Source: Candidatus Bathyarchaeota archaeon (lineage in GTDB: Archaea > Thermoproteota > Bathyarchaeia > TCS64). Taken from it: 64,000 nucleotides of DNA. The DNA lies in the NCBI GenBank assembly GCA_018396865.1, contig JAGTRB010000003.1, positions 8,575 through 72,574 of the forward strand, in the 5' to 3' direction. Below are positions 9,980-19,634 of the stretch, in pieces. The position numbers and the translations under genes were made by a program. How positions within the stretch are numbered: the stretch's first letter is position 1; each line of letters begins with the position of its first letter. The notes beneath the pieces were generated by a model. The model ran no database searches. It was not told where the DNA came from and was given only the letters and a program-made list of their open reading frames with translations.

Positions 9980-10429
9980 GATGGATGCGACTACGGCGTT
10001 GTTGAGGCGGATGACGTCCTCCACCCGAACCTCCAGGAGAAGGTCTCTGGATCCCCCTCCACAGAATATCTTCTCAAGCTTGGTCAACTCATCATCCACA
10101 ACCACCTTGACCCTCCCCCTGTAACCCAGGGAGGGGGTTCCACCTGGAGGGTAGCCGCTCACCGCCTCAGCCTCCTCAGGAGATAGAAGCCTCACATTCT
10201 TCACTCCTAGGGCCTCTGATGCCTTTCTGAGATTTACCCTCCTATCCCCGGGGATTATCAGCACAACGTGTTCTCCCCTGTCCGTGGCCGAGAGGAGGTT
10301 CTTTGTTATCCTGTGGAGCTCTATACCGGTGGCGGAGGCCGCATCCGCGGTGTGTACGGTCTCACTTTTGGAGATGAACCTATAATAGACCCCCTTGCTC
10401 TTGAGATACTCCTCTAGAGGGCTCTTCAA
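9956..10429 (-). CDS. YbaK/ProX-type aminoacyl-tRNA deacylase domain protein
   Basis: ~157 aa. 'HRITKNLL', 'LIIPGDRRVNLRKASEALG', 'VSGYPPGGTPSLG', 'FCGGGS', typical of YbaK/EbsC editing domains. Confidence 0.8.
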   Translation of the reverse strand: MKSPLEEYLKSKGVYYRFISKSETVHTADAASATGIELHRITKNLLSATDRGEHVVLIIPGDRRVNLRKASEALGVKNVRLLSPEEAEAVSGYPPGGTPSLGYRGRVKVVVDDELTKLEKIFCGGGSRDLLLEVRVEDVIRLNNAVVASISEPQPIR

Positions 10430-11478
10430 TGGTCATCCCTTAGGATGGGGCAAGTCATGCAGTGGGGTCCCCCTCCACCTAGGCTTAGCTGGCTTCCCGG
10501 GATCCTTATCACATCCAGCCCCCTCTCCTCAAGCTCCGCGATTATCCTCTCGTTCCACTCGTATGAGACGCACTTGCCTCCACCTATCCCAACAATGTTC
10601 GTACCGAACTGCCTCACCTCGGCGTCATCAGCATATATGAGCTCCATCCCCCTCTCCCTCAGGTAGTCCTCCACGAATACCAGCTCCACCCCATCCTCGC
10701 CGTAGAGGTAGGCCGGGTACAACTCAAGGGAGGGCTTATGGATCAGGGCGAGGTCGGGGGATAGGATCATCAGACCCCCGTCGAGGTGGACCCTGAATGA
10801 GGGGAGAGGCACGGCCAGGAGTTCTTTAACAGCCTTTCCAAGCAATGTTCTCTTAACCATCTCCAAGCCGACCTCGTTAGTTCTAGTGCCGAAGCCCATC
10901 ATGAGGGTCTTCCGGTCCAGGTATACGAAGTCTCCCCCCTCAACACTGCCCGGGGGCACCACTCTCAGGGCTATCGGGATGCCCAGCCTCTCCATAGCCT
11001 TCCCAACTAGGAGGGGCTCGGGATACCTCGCCTGATAGGCCATCCTCAGAACGAGAGCACCCAGATAGGTGACGCTGCAGACATCCCTGGTATAGACCAG
11101 GTTTGGGAGCCTCCCTGCGATCTCTCTGTCCCTTCCCTCGAGAAGATCTTCGAGGAGGATGACCTCAACCCCCTCCCCCCTGAGTGCCTCCGTGAAGGCG
11201 TCGTGCTCCATCTGGAACTTCCTCCAGTAGACCACATCCCTGAAGAGGTAGGCGTCCCGGTTGCTCGGTGTTATCCTCCTCAGCTCCTCGGTTGGCCTAT
11301 GCATCAAGACCTTCCTGAGCCGGCCATACTCCGTCTGAGCTCCAAACTCCAATCGACTAAACCCTCCACAAGGTCTATACCTTATCGATCCTCTACATAT
11401 AATCCCATCGCTTATGGGTGAGAGCAAGCATTCAGAGGATATGGCAAATCCACAGTCGGAACTGTTCAATGAACTCAC
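10426..11478 (-). CDS. Arginine deiminase/amidinotransferase superfamily enzyme
   Basis: 'EYGRLRKVLMHRP' entry motif, 'EGGDFVYLD', 'HLDGGL', C-terminal catalytic 'GGGGPHCMTCPILRD'. 4-nt overlap with the downstream gene. N-terminal ~45 aa and exact start uncertain. Confidence 0.75.
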   Translation of the reverse strand: MSSLNSSDCGFAISSECLLSPISDGIICRGSIRYRPCGGFSRLEFGAQTEYGRLRKVLMHRPTEELRRITPSNRDAYLFRDVVYWRKFQMEHDAFTEALRGEGVEVILLEDLLEGRDREIAGRLPNLVYTRDVCSVTYLGALVLRMAYQARYPEPLLVGKAMERLGIPIALRVVPPGSVEGGDFVYLDRKTLMMGFGTRTNEVGLEMVKRTLLGKAVKELLAVPLPSFRVHLDGGLMILSPDLALIHKPSLELYPAYLYGEDGVELVFVEDYLRERGMELIYADDAEVRQFGTNIVGIGGGKCVSYEWNERIIAELEERGLDVIRIPGSQLSLGGGGPHCMTCPILRDDH

Positions 11479-11609
11479 ATCCTATGGTGTAACCAGCTCA
11501 AATCGCAAGTCCTAGGAAGGCCGCAAAGCCTCGCGACGCAGAACTAAGATATCAAATCGAATTTCCAATAAATTTTTATATCAGTTTATTCTCTATAAAA
11601 ATAGTAGAG

Positions 11610-11940
11610 ATGAGATCTCTATCATTGCTATTGTTGAGTTTTCTCTCTCTTTTATCTGTGAGTATAACTGTAGCCGCACTTGTGGAGCCATATGTGTGGG
11701 TATGAGTATCAAACTATTTCAGGTGAGCTATATTTTGGTCAATCCCATCATTATTATAAGGAACCATATACTATCTCAGTAAGGATAGATGCTGTTGAAC
11801 CATCTGGAGCTAAACTTAGGGTAGCGATTTATGTAAATTATGTGGAGAAATGGTTTGGATACCTTGGGTCTGAAGAAAGTTCTCCGACAATCGTTTGCGA
11901 AGATCAAGAAACAATGGTGGATATATGCAATAACACATAA
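11610..11940 (+). pseudogene. Small secreted protein split between two frames (frameshifted pseudogene or +1 recoding)
   Basis: ATG 11610 opens a signal peptide 'MRSLSLLLLSFLSLLSVSITVAALVEPYVWV' that ends at TGA 11703-11705. The +1 frame continues from GAG 11704 as 'EYQTISGELYFGQ...' to the stop at 11940 (track ORF 11680..11940). Confidence 0.4.
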
Positions 11941-12013
11941 GGATATATAGAATACATCGGCCTTATAACTTGGGTTATGCATCGACTATAAAGATCAAAC
12001 CGAAGGTGATTAA

Positions 12014-12913
12014 ATGTTAGGGTTTCTTACCAAAGAGATTTTAATAGATAGATATAAGTTAGACTTATCCTTTAAAAATCATGTCGATAAATTTGTAATA
12101 AATATTTATAAATCATTTATAAGTCTTTTTTCCTTGTCAAAGATAATAAAGCAAACGGAAGAGCTAAGTGAAAAGAGATATCAAATTGAGAAGGGGCATC
12201 TTCGCGTTAAAAATCTCATCTGTCTAATTCTCTTTATTGGGCTGATTTTGGTCTCTGGTCTCTATATAGACCTATATCAGAGGTATAAAGCGCAACATGA
12301 TAACTTTCTAAAACAGGAAGAGGATCTCAGAATTCTGAAAGATAAATTTGATGATTTAACCCCAATCTTGGGCCTCATAAATATGTCATTGGAGAGGCCT
12401 CCAACCCCCTCCGACAGGAGCGTTGTGCTTGTCTCCGGCTACAGTATTGAGTACTGGGTTCGAAGGGTCGATTCGGACTTCACCAGGAGCGGGTTCACCT
12501 TATTCGCCATATTCTATGCCCCCTACGAAAGCTTAACCCTAAGGATGTATCTCTTCTTCTGGCATAGAGATGGCCTGGAAATACCATTAACCATCCAGAG
12601 GGGAAACGCACTCCGCAATGAGTCAGGCATATTTGTTGAGATGGGAAGCAACATAACCACCTGGCAGTCCCCGGTCATCTGGTCGATAAACGCCAGCAGG
12701 GTCGGGATATATGAGGCAACTCTACCCTCAAGGGGATGGTATACTTTGTCCATATCAGGCCCTATTCAAATACAGAGTCGAGATGATCCCCCGCCCTCGA
12801 CATCCCTTCACATCTCATACATTCCATACTTCGATGATCTTCAGATAAATGTAGATTTCAAACTCTTGAGAAATGGTGAGCCCATCATTTTTGCTATAGC
12901 GAGAAGATGGTGA
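12014..12913 (+). CDS. Hypothetical single-pass membrane protein
   Basis: TM 'LICLILFIGLILVSGLYIDLY'. Short coiled-coil 'KQEEDLRILKDKFDDL'. Beta-rich C-terminal ectodomain with N-x-S/T sequons. 5' half very AT-rich, 3' half host-like. Confidence 0.55.
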   Translation: MLGFLTKEILIDRYKLDLSFKNHVDKFVINIYKSFISLFSLSKIIKQTEELSEKRYQIEKGHLRVKNLICLILFIGLILVSGLYIDLYQRYKAQHDNFLKQEEDLRILKDKFDDLTPILGLINMSLERPPTPSDRSVVLVSGYSIEYWVRRVDSDFTRSGFTLFAIFYAPYESLTLRMYLFFWHRDGLEIPLTIQRGNALRNESGIFVEMGSNITTWQSPVIWSINASRVGIYEATLPSRGWYTLSISGPIQIQSRDDPPPSTSLHISYIPYFDDLQINVDFKLLRNGEPIIFAIARRW

Positions 12914-13089
12914 TAAAAATAGGATTTTTTCAAGGCCTTTAAATTTTAATATTTTCCATATCAGGCTTGTGGGTTTAACCTGCAAGATTGGCCCTTCCTG
13001 ATAGGAGAAACTGGGGGAGATTCAATCCGGCTTTAGGCTTCGGATATAGCTTTATACCCTTCATCAGCCGAAATTCAATGTGATCAGGT

Positions 13090-14868
13090 ATGCTCTACTC
13101 CACCCTTGTGGAGGCCTATCAGAGGCTTGAGGCAACCACCAAGAGGCTTGAGATGACTGACATCTTAGCGGACATGCTCAGGAGGGCAGACCTAGATGAG
13201 ATAGATAAGGTCATATACCTGACCCAGGGGAAGATCCACCCTGACTGGACTGGGGAGCCTGAGATAGGAATAGCTGAGAAGATGGCCATCGAGACCATAG
13301 CAAGAGCCTCAGGACTGGATAGAGAAGAGGTGGAGAGGCTCATGGCCGAGACCGGGGATATAGGCCTCGCCGCTGAGAGGGCTATGGAGAGGAGACGCCT
13401 GGGAAGGCTGGGGGGAGGCCAGCTCACGGTGTCGGAGGTTTACAACACCTTCGACCAGATCGCGAAGGAGTCTGGGAAGGGGAGCAGCGAGAGGAAGATC
13501 GATAAGCTCATAGGATTATTCTCCGAGGCCTCCCCCCTGGAGGTTCGATACATAACTAGGACTGTTGTTGGAACCCTCCGCCTGGGGGTCGGGGATATGA
13601 CTATACTCGACGCATTGGCCATCGCGTATACAGACTCCGCAGAGAATAGGGATATTCTCGAGAGGGCATACAACCTCACCAGCGACCTAGGATATGTCGC
13701 CAAGACCCTGGCCCGGGAGGGGCTGGAGGCCTTGGAGAGGGCCAAGCCGGTTCTCGGAAAGCCTATTAGGATGATGCTGGCCCAGCGCCTCTCCACGCCT
13801 CAGGAGATACTGGATAAGCTTGGGGGAGGGGGCTCGGCTGAGTACAAGCTGGATGGGGAGCGCTTCCAGATACACAAGATGGGAGATGAGATCCAGATAT
13901 TCTCAAGGAGATTGGAGAACATCACCTCCATGTATCCAGACGCGGTTGAGATGGCCAAGAGATACATAAGGGCTAAGGAGGCTATCATCGAGGGGGAGGC
14001 TGTGGCCATCGACCCTGAGACAGAGGAGATGAGGCCCTTCCAGGTCTTGATGCAGCGGCGGAGGAAGTACAGGATAGAGGAGATGATGGAGAAGTTCCCA
14101 GTCGCCCTATTCCTCTTCGAGTGCCTATACGTTGACGGCGAAGACTTGACCCTCAAGCCTTACAAGGAGCGCCGCAGGAGGCTCAAGGAGATTGTAGAGG
14201 AGAGCAGTAGGTTCAGACTGGTGAGGTCCATAGAGACATCTGATGCATCGGAGCTTGAGAGGTTCTTCGAGGAGGCCATTTCGGATGGCTGTGAGGGACT
14301 AATAGTCAAGTCCACGAGCGAGGACTCCCTCTATAGGGCAGGGGCGAGGTCTTGGATGTGGGTCAAGTTGAAGAGGAGCTACCAGAGCAGGATGGTGGAG
14401 CCTGTCGATCTAGTGGTCGTGGGGGCCTTCCACGGGCGTGGCAAGAGGGCCGGCAGCTATGGAGCCCTCCTCGCCGCGGTATACGACCAAGAGGAGGATA
14501 TGTTCAGGACTGTCTGTAAGGTTGGCAGCGGCTTCACGGATGAGGACCTTGAGAGGTTGCCGAAGGTTATGGAGGAGTACAAGCGCGCGGAGAAGCATCC
14601 AAGGGTCGACTCCATCATAGAGGCTGATATCTGGTTCACCCCCAGCCAGGTCATAGAGGTTATTGGGGACGAGATCACCCTAAGCCCAGTCCACACCGCC
14701 GCCTTCAACGCGATAAGGGTCAACTCTGGACTGGCTATAAGGTTCCCCAGGTTCACGGGGAGATGGAGGTCTGATAAAGCCCCTGAGGATGCGACCACCG
14801 TGGGGGAGGTCGTCGATATGTATAAATCCCAGCTCAAGACCATAGCTGGAGAGGCTGAGGAGAGGTAG
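13090..14868 (+). CDS. lig: ATP-dependent DNA ligase (Lig1 type)
   Basis: Adenylation motif I 'EYKLDGERFQIH', 'IIEGEAVA', 'LFLFECLYVDGEDL', 'EGLIVK', 'WVKLK'. Archaeal/eukaryal three-domain length of 592 aa. Confidence 0.95.
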   Translation: MLYSTLVEAYQRLEATTKRLEMTDILADMLRRADLDEIDKVIYLTQGKIHPDWTGEPEIGIAEKMAIETIARASGLDREEVERLMAETGDIGLAAERAMERRRLGRLGGGQLTVSEVYNTFDQIAKESGKGSSERKIDKLIGLFSEASPLEVRYITRTVVGTLRLGVGDMTILDALAIAYTDSAENRDILERAYNLTSDLGYVAKTLAREGLEALERAKPVLGKPIRMMLAQRLSTPQEILDKLGGGGSAEYKLDGERFQIHKMGDEIQIFSRRLENITSMYPDAVEMAKRYIRAKEAIIEGEAVAIDPETEEMRPFQVLMQRRRKYRIEEMMEKFPVALFLFECLYVDGEDLTLKPYKERRRRLKEIVEESSRFRLVRSIETSDASELERFFEEAISDGCEGLIVKSTSEDSLYRAGARSWMWVKLKRSYQSRMVEPVDLVVVGAFHGRGKRAGSYGALLAAVYDQEEDMFRTVCKVGSGFTDEDLERLPKVMEEYKRAEKHPRVDSIIEADIWFTPSQVIEVIGDEITLSPVHTAAFNAIRVNSGLAIRFPRFTGRWRSDKAPEDATTVGEVVDMYKSQLKTIAGEAEER

Positions 14869-14878
14869 AAGAGGAAGA

Positions 14879-15208
14879 TTGGTCGAGGAGATATCTCTAA
14901 AGGATTTCAAGAAGCTAGATCTAAGAGTGGGAACGGTAGCTGAGGTTGAGAGGATTCCGGGATCAGATAAGCTCTACAAGCTCAAGGTCGACATGGGAGA
15001 TGATATGAGGCAGATAGTCACAGGGCTTGTGGGATATTATACAGAGGAGGAGCTCAAGGGAAAGGTAATAATAGTTTTGACCAACCTCAAGCCAGCGAAG
15101 ATCTTCGGCGTATCCTCCAACGGGATGCTACTGGCAGCAGAGTTTAACGGTCAGCTGGCTCTCCTGACCACCGATAGAAGTATACCTAATGGAGCCAAGG
15201 TAACTTAA
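14879..15208 (+). CDS. tRNA-binding domain protein (CsaA/Trbp111/EMAP-like OB fold)
   Basis: 'FKKLDLRVGTVAEVERIPGSDKLYKLKVDMGD...RQIVTGL', 'SNGMLLAA'. TTG start 11 nt after the ligase stop. Confidence 0.8.
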   Translation: MVEEISLKDFKKLDLRVGTVAEVERIPGSDKLYKLKVDMGDDMRQIVTGLVGYYTEEELKGKVIIVLTNLKPAKIFGVSSNGMLLAAEFNGQLALLTTDRSIPNGAKVT

Positions 15209-15315
15209 CAATTTTTCACTTATATTTACAATAGAAAATTTGGAAATTATTGCTAACCATTATTATATAATAGCATTAAATATAGGAAATGAAAAAAGGG
15301 AGGGAACTGGATCTA

Positions 15316-15630
15316 TTAAGGGGGAGTTATCTTTATAGCCTGCACTGGACAGCTGTTCTCGCAAGCCCTACACTGGATGCAGTCAGATTCTCTTACGGGA
15401 TCAGACTTCTTATCGGAGGTGGGATGGCCTGGGGTCTCAGCCCACTCGTAGACGCTCATGGGGCAGACACTTATGCAGATGCCATGCCCCTCACAGATGT
15501 CCCAGTCGACGGCCACATTCGTGCCATGTATCCCAAGCTTCTTAGGAGGATCAACAGGTCCCCAAACACTGTGCCCCTGATGCTCTCCCACAACCTTTCT
15601 ATTCCTCTGGAAATCCTGATCTATAGGCAA
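15316..15630 (-). CDS. Zinc-containing dicluster (7Fe-type) ferredoxin, Sulfolobus type
   Basis: N-terminal extension 'RKVVGEHQGHSVWGPVDPPKKLGIHGT'. Cluster motifs 'CEGHGICISVCP' (C-x5-C-x3-CP) and 'CIQCRACENSCP'. Close by eye to the Sulfolobus zinc ferredoxin. Confidence 0.9.
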   Translation of the reverse strand: MPIDQDFQRNRKVVGEHQGHSVWGPVDPPKKLGIHGTNVAVDWDICEGHGICISVCPMSVYEWAETPGHPTSDKKSDPVRESDCIQCRACENSCPVQAIKITPP

Positions 15631-15759
15631 TTTTATCCCCCAGAGATATCCAAGAAAACTTTATAAACTTTTATCATTCGAAGCTTCTGAAGAATTCCTA
15701 GAAATTTCGAGTCATTAAACCTCAATCTGGAGTTATCCTCTGTGGAAGGCCCACCGGGG

Positions 15760-16290
15760 TTAGTATCTCTCTAGGTGGAGAACCTCTGAAACGGCTCTCC
15801 TCGGAGGGGCTGAGGGTGTCTCCGCTGGATATCCGATTGGGATGATCGATATCGGTCTGACGCCCTCTGGGGCCCCTACCGCCTTCGCGGCCCTCTCCTC
15901 GTCGAAGGCTCCAACCCAACATCCTCCGAGGCCGTTAGCCGTGGCCGTTAGGAGCAGATTCTCTATCGCGGCCGCGGTGTCTTGGATACAGTATAGGTCG
16001 GACCCTCTCTTTCCATACCTCCAGGAGGATCTCCCCGGCACTGCACATACAAGAAATACTAAGGGCGCCTCGGCTATGAAGGATTGGCCGTAGGCTGCAT
16101 CAGCCAGCCTCCTCTTTGTCTCCGGGTTCCTTACTGCAATGAACTCCCATGGCTGGAGGTTTCCAGCGCTTGGTGCCATGCATGCTGCCTTTACCAATAC
16201 CTCGATCGCCTCCTGTGGGAGTTCTCTCTTGGAGAAGGCTCGGATGCTCCTCCTATTTCTTATGATCTCAGGGATCTCCATGCCTCTCAA
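15760..16290 (-). CDS. Nitroreductase family (FMN) protein
   Basis: 'IIRNRRSIRAFSKRELP', 'APSAGNLQPWEF', 'ENLLLTATANGLGGCWVG'. Confidence 0.85.
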   Translation of the reverse strand: MRGMEIPEIIRNRRSIRAFSKRELPQEAIEVLVKAACMAPSAGNLQPWEFIAVRNPETKRRLADAAYGQSFIAEAPLVFLVCAVPGRSSWRYGKRGSDLYCIQDTAAAIENLLLTATANGLGGCWVGAFDEERAAKAVGAPEGVRPISIIPIGYPAETPSAPPRRAVSEVLHLERY

Positions 16291-16318
16291 AACAATCTCT
16301 TATATGGGTGTTAATCAA

Positions 16319-17458
16319 TTATTTGCTCCGGTGCCTCTCAAACCCTATATTTGAATATCTCATGGGTCTTCCTCTCTTAATGATGATAATAACAGTCAGG
16401 GCTATTATCCCCATAGAGACGATTATGATTATGGGAGCTAGGGGGGCTTCCGGGGAATTTTGGTCCATCTCTGAGGCGGTATCATAGCTCTTTATGTAGA
16501 GGCTTCCAGCCATCACGGCCTCCCTCATCTTTCTCGCCTCGCCTACATAGTCATATCTCGAGACATTTAGAGCTGTGACGATGAAGGGGCCATATTCCGG
16601 GGCCTCCAACAGAAGGGTTAGGGGTTCCTTCGCCCTTGTGAGGGTTAGGTCGATGGGGAGCCATCCCCACGGTGGTATGTATACTAGGGCCCAGCCGTGC
16701 CATCCAACCCCCCTCTGAGAGGTGCTCAGATGCCCTCCCCATGAAACCTTATCTCCGGTTATCCCCTCATTGAAGACCATCCCCAGTTGTAGTAGAGCCG
16801 GCACGCCTAATATACGGCACATGGTCACGAGGAGTATTGCCTGGTCATCGCAGTCCCCCCTCCCATAGGCTATCGTCTCGTTCGGGTACCGAGGGGTCTC
16901 GAAGCTTCCATAGGATATGGTTTCAAGCATCCAACTCAGGAGGCTTAGAACCATCCCCAAGACGGTCGATTGGTTTGCAGCCAGCCTCAGGGCCAGGGCG
17001 CGGATCCCCTCATCCCCTGTCGTGAAGGTTCCCGTCTCTATGGTGTACTCGTCAACGAGTTCCTTCGGGATCTCCGAGATCGAGCCAGCCCTCTCTGGAT
17101 CTATCCATGGTCTAGGCATCTCAGAGGTCTCGATCAAGTAGGTCACGGAGAAGTTGACGCTAGAATTTGGAGCAATAGTTAGGGGTATATCGAGAACTGC
17201 CAACTTGTTCCCATCATCGTCAAAGTAATCTTTGACTATCGAGTTTGTCAGGTTTATAATCCTGATGTTCTGCTTGCTATCGTTGTGGAAGAGGAGGATG
17301 GTTATGTCATCCACCGTCAACATGTAAGGCTCCTCCCCCCTATTCTCGAAGATGTACGTTGATGTGTATAGTCTCCTGTACGTCCGTCCCTCATAGGCCC
17401 CTCTAATCGGCGGTGTTGAGATCAGGAGGATTATAAGGAGGAGCTCCTTCAAGCTCAA
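16319..17458 (-). CDS. Transglutaminase-like (cysteine protease fold) surface protein
   Basis: Signal-like N-terminus. Core 'GRGDCDDQAILLVTMCRILGVPA', 'HGWALVY'. C-terminal TM 'IIIIVSMGIIALTVIIII'. Confidence 0.75.
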   Translation of the reverse strand: MSLKELLLIILLISTPPIRGAYEGRTYRRLYTSTYIFENRGEEPYMLTVDDITILLFHNDSKQNIRIINLTNSIVKDYFDDDGNKLAVLDIPLTIAPNSSVNFSVTYLIETSEMPRPWIDPERAGSISEIPKELVDEYTIETGTFTTGDEGIRALALRLAANQSTVLGMVLSLLSWMLETISYGSFETPRYPNETIAYGRGDCDDQAILLVTMCRILGVPALLQLGMVFNEGITGDKVSWGGHLSTSQRGVGWHGWALVYIPPWGWLPIDLTLTRAKEPLTLLLEAPEYGPFIVTALNVSRYDYVGEARKMREAVMAGSLYIKSYDTASEMDQNSPEAPLAPIIIIVSMGIIALTVIIIIKRGRPMRYSNIGFERHRSK

Positions 17459-17507
17459 TGCATGAGATCCTTGAGCGCTCGCCCCTTATCTGGATTATCG
17501 GAGTTGG

Positions 17508-18863
17508 CTATTCTACATGAACCCTGAGGAGGTCTATGTCCTCCCTGAGGTATGGAAGGAACTCCCTCACAGCCCTCTCAACATCCCTCGACTGGGTTAT
17601 ATAACGGCCTACTATCAGGATATCAGCTCCGGCATCCAAGGCCATCCTAGCCGTTGACGGCAGTATCCCCCCAGCAACCGCTATAAGGAGCCTCTTTTCC
17701 CTAAAGCTCTCCCTGATCTCCTTGATATAGCTCCACCTGGGCTCTGCGCCCCTCTGCTCGGCGTCTATGGAGCGGTGGAGAACCACACCGTCCGGAGGCC
17801 TCTCAAGGGCCTTGAGCCTTGAGACAGGGTCCGAGACCTCCATCATGTCTATAAAGGAGTAGATGCTCAGCCTGCGGGCCTCATATATGAAATCGTTAAG
17901 GGTTTCTGTGGAGGCTGCCCCTAGGGCGCAGACGGCGTCGGCCGTCTCGTTGAATGCTATGTCAACCTCAACCTTCCCAACATCCATGGTCTTCAGATCC
18001 GCTACGAAGAAGCTGTCTCCGACAATCCTCCTCAGCTCCTTTATCACCCCAACCCCATACCGCTTTATGAGGGGGGTTCCCACCTCGAATATTATGCTGT
18101 CGCTCTTAGGCACGGAGGCGAGAACCCTCTTCACAGCTTCAAGCTCCGGTATATCTAAGGCTATCTGGAGGTAGGGTGGACGCCAGAGCCTTGGAGCCCT
18201 GAACCTCACGAGGGGGTGGCGGGCCCTATCCTTCTCATACATCAACCTCTCCACCGACGGATAACCCTGGAGGGCTCGTGTTAGGGCCAGCTTAGTTGCG
18301 CTGTAGTTGTACTGGTAGATCTTCCTCTCATCCTCCGCTTTGGGGTGGATGAAGACACTTGCTATCACCACCCACTCCTCCGCAGCCTCCTCCGGGAGGA
18401 TCCCCTCTTCAAGGGCGTCCGCAACGGCCTTGGCGACTGCCATCTGGGCGGGGCCGAAGATCTTCCCCGCGTCCTCCATCCCCTTGACTGTAACCTTTGG
18501 GACTATTACGGTGAAGGGCTTTGCGGGAAGGTTGGGTCTGATGACGGAGAGGAGGGGGGTATGCCCAGCCGATAGGTTACTGAGAGACTGGGCGAAGGCT
18601 AGGCCCACAGGCCCCCACTTATCCCCGATAAGGAGATCCACATGGGCCACCTCATTTCCCTCTCCGACGAGGGCCTCTCCTATGAGGTAGACCCCCTTAG
18701 TGGATGAGGCCCTCTCCCTGAATTGGTCTATGGCTGCCCTCATAGCCTCGCTGACTGAGCTATATCTACCACCAGCCACAAGCTCCTCAAGGAACCTATA
18801 CTGCTCTTGGGTGATCCTCCCAGGAGCCCTTACAAGCCCCTTCTCCTCATCCATGCTAGACAT
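17508..18863 (-). CDS. fae-hps: Ribbon-helix-helix domain fused to formaldehyde-activating enzyme and 3-hexulose-6-phosphate synthase
   Basis: aa ~14-50 '[36 protein letters not shown]' (RHH pattern). Fae core '[20 protein letters not shown]', '[12 protein letters not shown]', 'YQYNY'. HPS/OMPdecase barrel 'YLQIALD', '[11 protein letters not shown]', 'IVGRYI'. Confidence 0.9.
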   Translation of the reverse strand: MSSMDEEKGLVRAPGRITQEQYRFLEELVAGGRYSSVSEAMRAAIDQFRERASSTKGVYLIGEALVGEGNEVAHVDLLIGDKWGPVGLAFAQSLSNLSAGHTPLLSVIRPNLPAKPFTVIVPKVTVKGMEDAGKIFGPAQMAVAKAVADALEEGILPEEAAEEWVVIASVFIHPKAEDERKIYQYNYSATKLALTRALQGYPSVERLMYEKDRARHPLVRFRAPRLWRPPYLQIALDIPELEAVKRVLASVPKSDSIIFEVGTPLIKRYGVGVIKELRRIVGDSFFVADLKTMDVGKVEVDIAFNETADAVCALGAASTETLNDFIYEARRLSIYSFIDMMEVSDPVSRLKALERPPDGVVLHRSIDAEQRGAEPRWSYIKEIRESFREKRLLIAVAGGILPSTARMALDAGADILIVGRYITQSRDVERAVREFLPYLREDIDLLRVHVE

Positions 18864-18916
18864 GCTTCCGAAGATCCATCCAACTATATAACCCTTATCA
18901 TCGTACGTGTCCTTTC

Positions 18917-18977
18917 AGTGTCACAAATGGGAACGCTAAAAAATTAAAGGCCTTGAATTTGGTCTCTAGTGTCACAA
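18917..18977. promoter_or_regulatory. Two copies of AGTGTCACAA (each containing palindrome GTGnCAC), candidate operator upstream of the RHH-fae-hps gene
   Basis: Identical 10-mers at 18917-18926 and 18968-18977 (51 bp apart), 54-114 bp upstream of ATG 18863. Minus-strand TATA-like TTATATA at about 18884-18890. Confidence 0.4.
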
Positions 18978-19108
18978 GCTAACTCTCTAGAGCTGGAAGG
19001 GCTAACTACCCCTCTAGGCGGGGTGGTATCTTGATATCATCACTGCTGATGGGGCATGAACTCATTTAAAATAAATCCTAGCACGAGTTAAAGAGATAAC
19101 AAATCGGA

Positions 19109-19573
19109 ATGTTCAAGAGAGAGGTCGATAAGCGGTTCGTCGACTATGTGGAATCGGCCATAATAGAGCTGACAAGGATCCACGATGTGCCCAAGCCCCC
19201 TCTCAAGGTATCCCTCTTCGGAAGCCTATATCTTCCGCTCCGAATATTTGGGACGCGGAGGATAATCATAAGCTCACGTTATCTCGACTACTGGGAGGTT
19301 GACGAGGATACGACGAAGATTTGCCTGAAATATACCATAGCCCACGAGTTCTGCCACTACCTCCAGGATCTAAGGGGAAGGATGCCCGTATTAAGGATAC
19401 CCCCGACGCGACCACCTCTAGGATACCACTTCCTCGAATACCTAAACCTGCTCACCTATGATCTAGAGAATGAGGCCAGGATCTTCGCTGAGGATTTTTC
19501 AGGTCTGAAAACTAGAGATTATGAGGAGCTTCTCAGAGGCTTGAGAAGGAAGAGGAGAAGCTCTCAAAATTGA
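19109..19573 (+). CDS. Small HExxH-motif protein (putative zinc metallopeptidase-like)
   Basis: 'YTIAHEFCHYLQD' HExxH motif, 154 aa, basic C-terminus. No other recognisable motif. Confidence 0.5.
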   Translation: MFKREVDKRFVDYVESAIIELTRIHDVPKPPLKVSLFGSLYLPLRIFGTRRIIISSRYLDYWEVDEDTTKICLKYTIAHEFCHYLQDLRGRMPVLRIPPTRPPLGYHFLEYLNLLTYDLENEARIFAEDFSGLKTRDYEELLRGLRRKRRSSQN

Positions 19574-19634
19574 TGGGGATTTAGATGGTTGGAAGGATCC
19601 TAAATCAGGTCATGGCTTTATCAAGCTTCATCCC

